IMG/VR virus record: IMGVR_UViG_3300045988_159056
Reading direction: 5' to 3' (one strand)
DNA length: 44,927 nucleotides
DNA from: a virus
Of this stretch, positions 43,162 to 44,927 are shown piece by piece (the first letter of the stretch is position 1; the number at the start of each line of letters is the position of its first letter). A program made the translations under genes and the position numbers. Below the pieces are notes generated by a model. The model had not been told where the DNA came from. It saw only the letters and a list, made by a program, of their open reading frames with translations, and searched no databases.

Positions 43162-43509
43162 ATGAAACAGCTTATTAAAAAACTGTTCGGGTGGATGAAG
43201 GAAAGTAACCGCCCGGCACACATGAAGGCGGGCAATACAATTTTTGTAATCGTCTTAATTGTTTTTACACTTTTAGGGGGAATATTGCTTAACCCTTTGT
43301 TAGAAGGTTATTCTTATGAAGGCAGCAGCCGTTTGTTTATTCTGGCTATGATCCAGGCTCTTATTGTAGTCTTTATTGCAATGTGTTCAGTAGAATATAT
43401 TCAAGAACGGATGGGGTGTAAATGGGACTGGCTGGATATTGCGGCCGGATGTTTAGGTTCTGTTTGTATAACCGTGTTTACAATCTTGCTTGTCTTGCTG
43501 ATAATATAA
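43162..43509 (+). CDS. Multi-TM membrane protein next to int (lysogenic-conversion/exclusion candidate)
   Basis: 115 aa with three hydrophobic segments. Last + strand gene, convergent with int. Confidence 0.55.
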   Translation: MKQLIKKLFGWMKESNRPAHMKAGNTIFVIVLIVFTLLGGILLNPLLEGYSYEGSSRLFILAMIQALIVVFIAMCSVEYIQERMGCKWDWLDIAAGCLGSVCITVFTILLVLLII

Positions 43510-43519
43510 GGGATAGGCA

Positions 43520-43553
43520 GCGGAACCGGCCATCAGCTTCCGGACGGTTCCGC
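43520..43553. terminator. Bidirectional hairpin between convergent genes
   Basis: gcggaaccg (43520-43528) pairs with cggttccgc (43545-43553). Confidence 0.5.
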
Positions 43554-43569
43554 CTTAACCTCTCTTGCT

Positions 43570-44715
43570 TTATAGCATATCATCAAAGGCACGTATTCCT
43601 TTTTCGCGTTCGTCTTCCAAAGCGTGGGCATATACCATTGTCATGGTTATAGAACTATGTCCTAAAAGATGGGATAACGTTACAATGTCATGCGTTTTTT
43701 TATAATATAATGTAGCAAAGGTATGTCGGCCTGTTTTCGAGCTGATATCCTTTGTTATTCCCACTTTACCGGCTATTGTTTTCAATACCCGGTTTATATC
43801 CTGATCAGTGGGAAGGTTCATAAACAGGTTTCCTTTTGTGCGTCCGCCTCGGTAGTACTCATAAATGTAACGCGCCGGATCCGATAAAGGTACGGTAACC
43901 TGTATCTTGGTTTTGCCCCGTGTGTAATGCAGTTCATCACCTATAAACTGGCTTATCTGTAACGCTTTTGCATCACTGATATGTAGAGATGTGAAGCAAA
44001 GGAATAGAAAAAAGCGAAGCACGTTCTGGGTACATTCTTCCAGACGGCCGGAACGGTACAAGGCAGTAAGGCGGAGCAGTTCTTCTTCCGTCAGGTATAC
44101 GACTTCACTTTTAGGACGGCGTATTTTGATTGCCGCGAACGGGTCCTGATCCATATAACCGCCACGGATGGCGGCACCTACATATATTTTTATCGTGGCC
44201 ATATTACGCCATGCCGTAGAATCCCTGTTGCCTATTTTACGAAGATGTGCAAAGAAGGACATGAGAAATTCGTGAGTAATTTCTGAAAACACAAGGCCGG
44301 GTGCAAACGTTTCTAATTTCTTAATAATGGATACATGATGTTTGTAAGTGCCGAAAGAAAGTGTTTTGCTTATCTGTTTTAAATAAACCCTTGCGAAATC
44401 AAAGAAGGTACCAAAATCGGAAGGATTGTTATACCGGCGGAAAAAACTTTCCTTTGTCAGCGTCTCATTTTTAAGACGGGCACGGACAAATATGTCGCTT
44501 ACACGTGATCGGATATTAGAAATAATTAAATTCTTGTCTTTGGCTTCCTTATCCCGGCCTTTCACCATTTCGTTTTGTTCATCCCATTCTTTGGAGGTAA
44601 CACTCATTTTTACCGCGATCCTTATTTTCTCACGGTTGATATAAAATTCCACATACAGGGGGAGTCGGTCGGTCTTGCCTTTTTTGCCTTGTCTTACAAT
44701 TCTTATTGCCGTCAT
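43570..44715 (-). CDS. int: Tyrosine recombinase / phage integrase (Bacteroides type with an N-terminal arm-binding domain)
   Basis: 381 aa. GRHTFATLYY and LLGHSSITMTMVYAH (box II with the catalytic Tyr). Box I reads CFTSLHISDAKAL. Confidence 0.9.
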   Translation of the reverse strand: MTAIRIVRQGKKGKTDRLPLYVEFYINREKIRIAVKMSVTSKEWDEQNEMVKGRDKEAKDKNLIISNIRSRVSDIFVRARLKNETLTKESFFRRYNNPSDFGTFFDFARVYLKQISKTLSFGTYKHHVSIIKKLETFAPGLVFSEITHEFLMSFFAHLRKIGNRDSTAWRNMATIKIYVGAAIRGGYMDQDPFAAIKIRRPKSEVVYLTEEELLRLTALYRSGRLEECTQNVLRFFLFLCFTSLHISDAKALQISQFIGDELHYTRGKTKIQVTVPLSDPARYIYEYYRGGRTKGNLFMNLPTDQDINRVLKTIAGKVGITKDISSKTGRHTFATLYYKKTHDIVTLSHLLGHSSITMTMVYAHALEDEREKGIRAFDDML

Positions 44716-44718
44716 TTT

Positions 44719-44769
44719 TATATGCCTATTTTATGCCTGTAGAGGGGATATGCCTACAAATATGCCTAC
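44719..44769 (+). promoter_or_regulatory. Cluster of ATATGCCTAC-type direct repeats (candidate integrase arm sites, attP P arm)
   Basis: atgccta at 44722-44728, atgcctg at 44733-44739, atatgcctac at 44748-44757 and 44760-44769. Immediately upstream of the int start. Confidence 0.5.
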
Positions 44770-44872
44770 ACAGGCTGGTTATTAAAAGTTAAACGGGGCG
44801 AAAGTAAAACGTTTAATATCAGCTATTTAAAAGAAAAATCCGATAACATTTAACTGTTACCGGATGTTAATA

Positions 44873-44927
44873 GTGATTCAAGTAACGTTCTTTAATCGCC
44901 TGATTATTAATTGTTTACATAATTGTA
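44873..44927. repeat. Terminal direct repeat copy 2, identical to 1-55
   Basis: Exact 55-nt identity with the window start. Confidence 0.95.

Larger units (their letters stand above)
1..44927. mobile_element. Complete temperate siphovirus-like phage genome, circular (window is one unit plus a 55-bp end overlap)
   Basis: Integrase, repressor/Cro switch, primase-helicase, terminase, protease, capsid, tape measure, tail fibre and lysozyme are all present. The first 55 nt recur exactly at the window end. Confidence 0.85.

Overview
This window is a complete temperate tailed-phage genome, assembled as a circle. The first 55 nt (1-55) recur exactly at 44873-44927, so the unique length is 44872 bp. 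Expression signals look Bacteroidota-like: TAnnTTTG -7 boxes and no Shine-Dalgarno sites. Nearly all genes are on the + strand. In order: a divergent XRE-repressor/Cro-like switch (94-760); an early operon with a Toprim-primase/SF3-helicase fusion (2061-4967); a 590-bp non-coding block with a GGTTAC iteron array; an S49 prohead protease and a scaffold-capsid fusion (6920-10012); a second, oppositely oriented HTH regulator (10936-11187); an orphan DPPY DNA methyltransferase and the large terminase (13044-16379); about 1.2 kb of mostly non-coding DNA around a secreted-protein moron (16380-17570); small unknown genes; a portal candidate and morphogenesis genes with an embedded GH24 lysozyme (20098-25603); a self-contained DUF4160/DUF2442-HTH/DUF2442 moron (25651-26898); a 1447-aa tape measure and tail genes (26955-35282); a complete diversity-generating retroelement (35305-42528); and a Bacteroides-type tyrosine integrase (43570-44715, minus) next to ATATGCCTAC arm-type repeats. 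The strongest signal is the DGR: a 106-nt VR at the 3' end of an 1802-aa tail-fibre gene and a 106-nt TR differ at 6 positions, all TR adenines, with an Avd-like gene and an RT (IGNLPSQ, YADD) alongside. The TR lies in frame inside the RT ORF. Other items worth follow-up: an in-phase A_AAA_AAG slippery site 1 nt before a stop codon; an inverted/direct repeat set around a long hairpin upstream of an unknown operon; two fully overlapping membrane-targeted ORFs; a ~55-aa module shared by the capsid (twice) and the next protein; a duplicated 77-aa gene; phased T-tracts; and non-canonical residues at two integrase catalytic positions. All domain calls come from reading motifs by eye. No database search was run.
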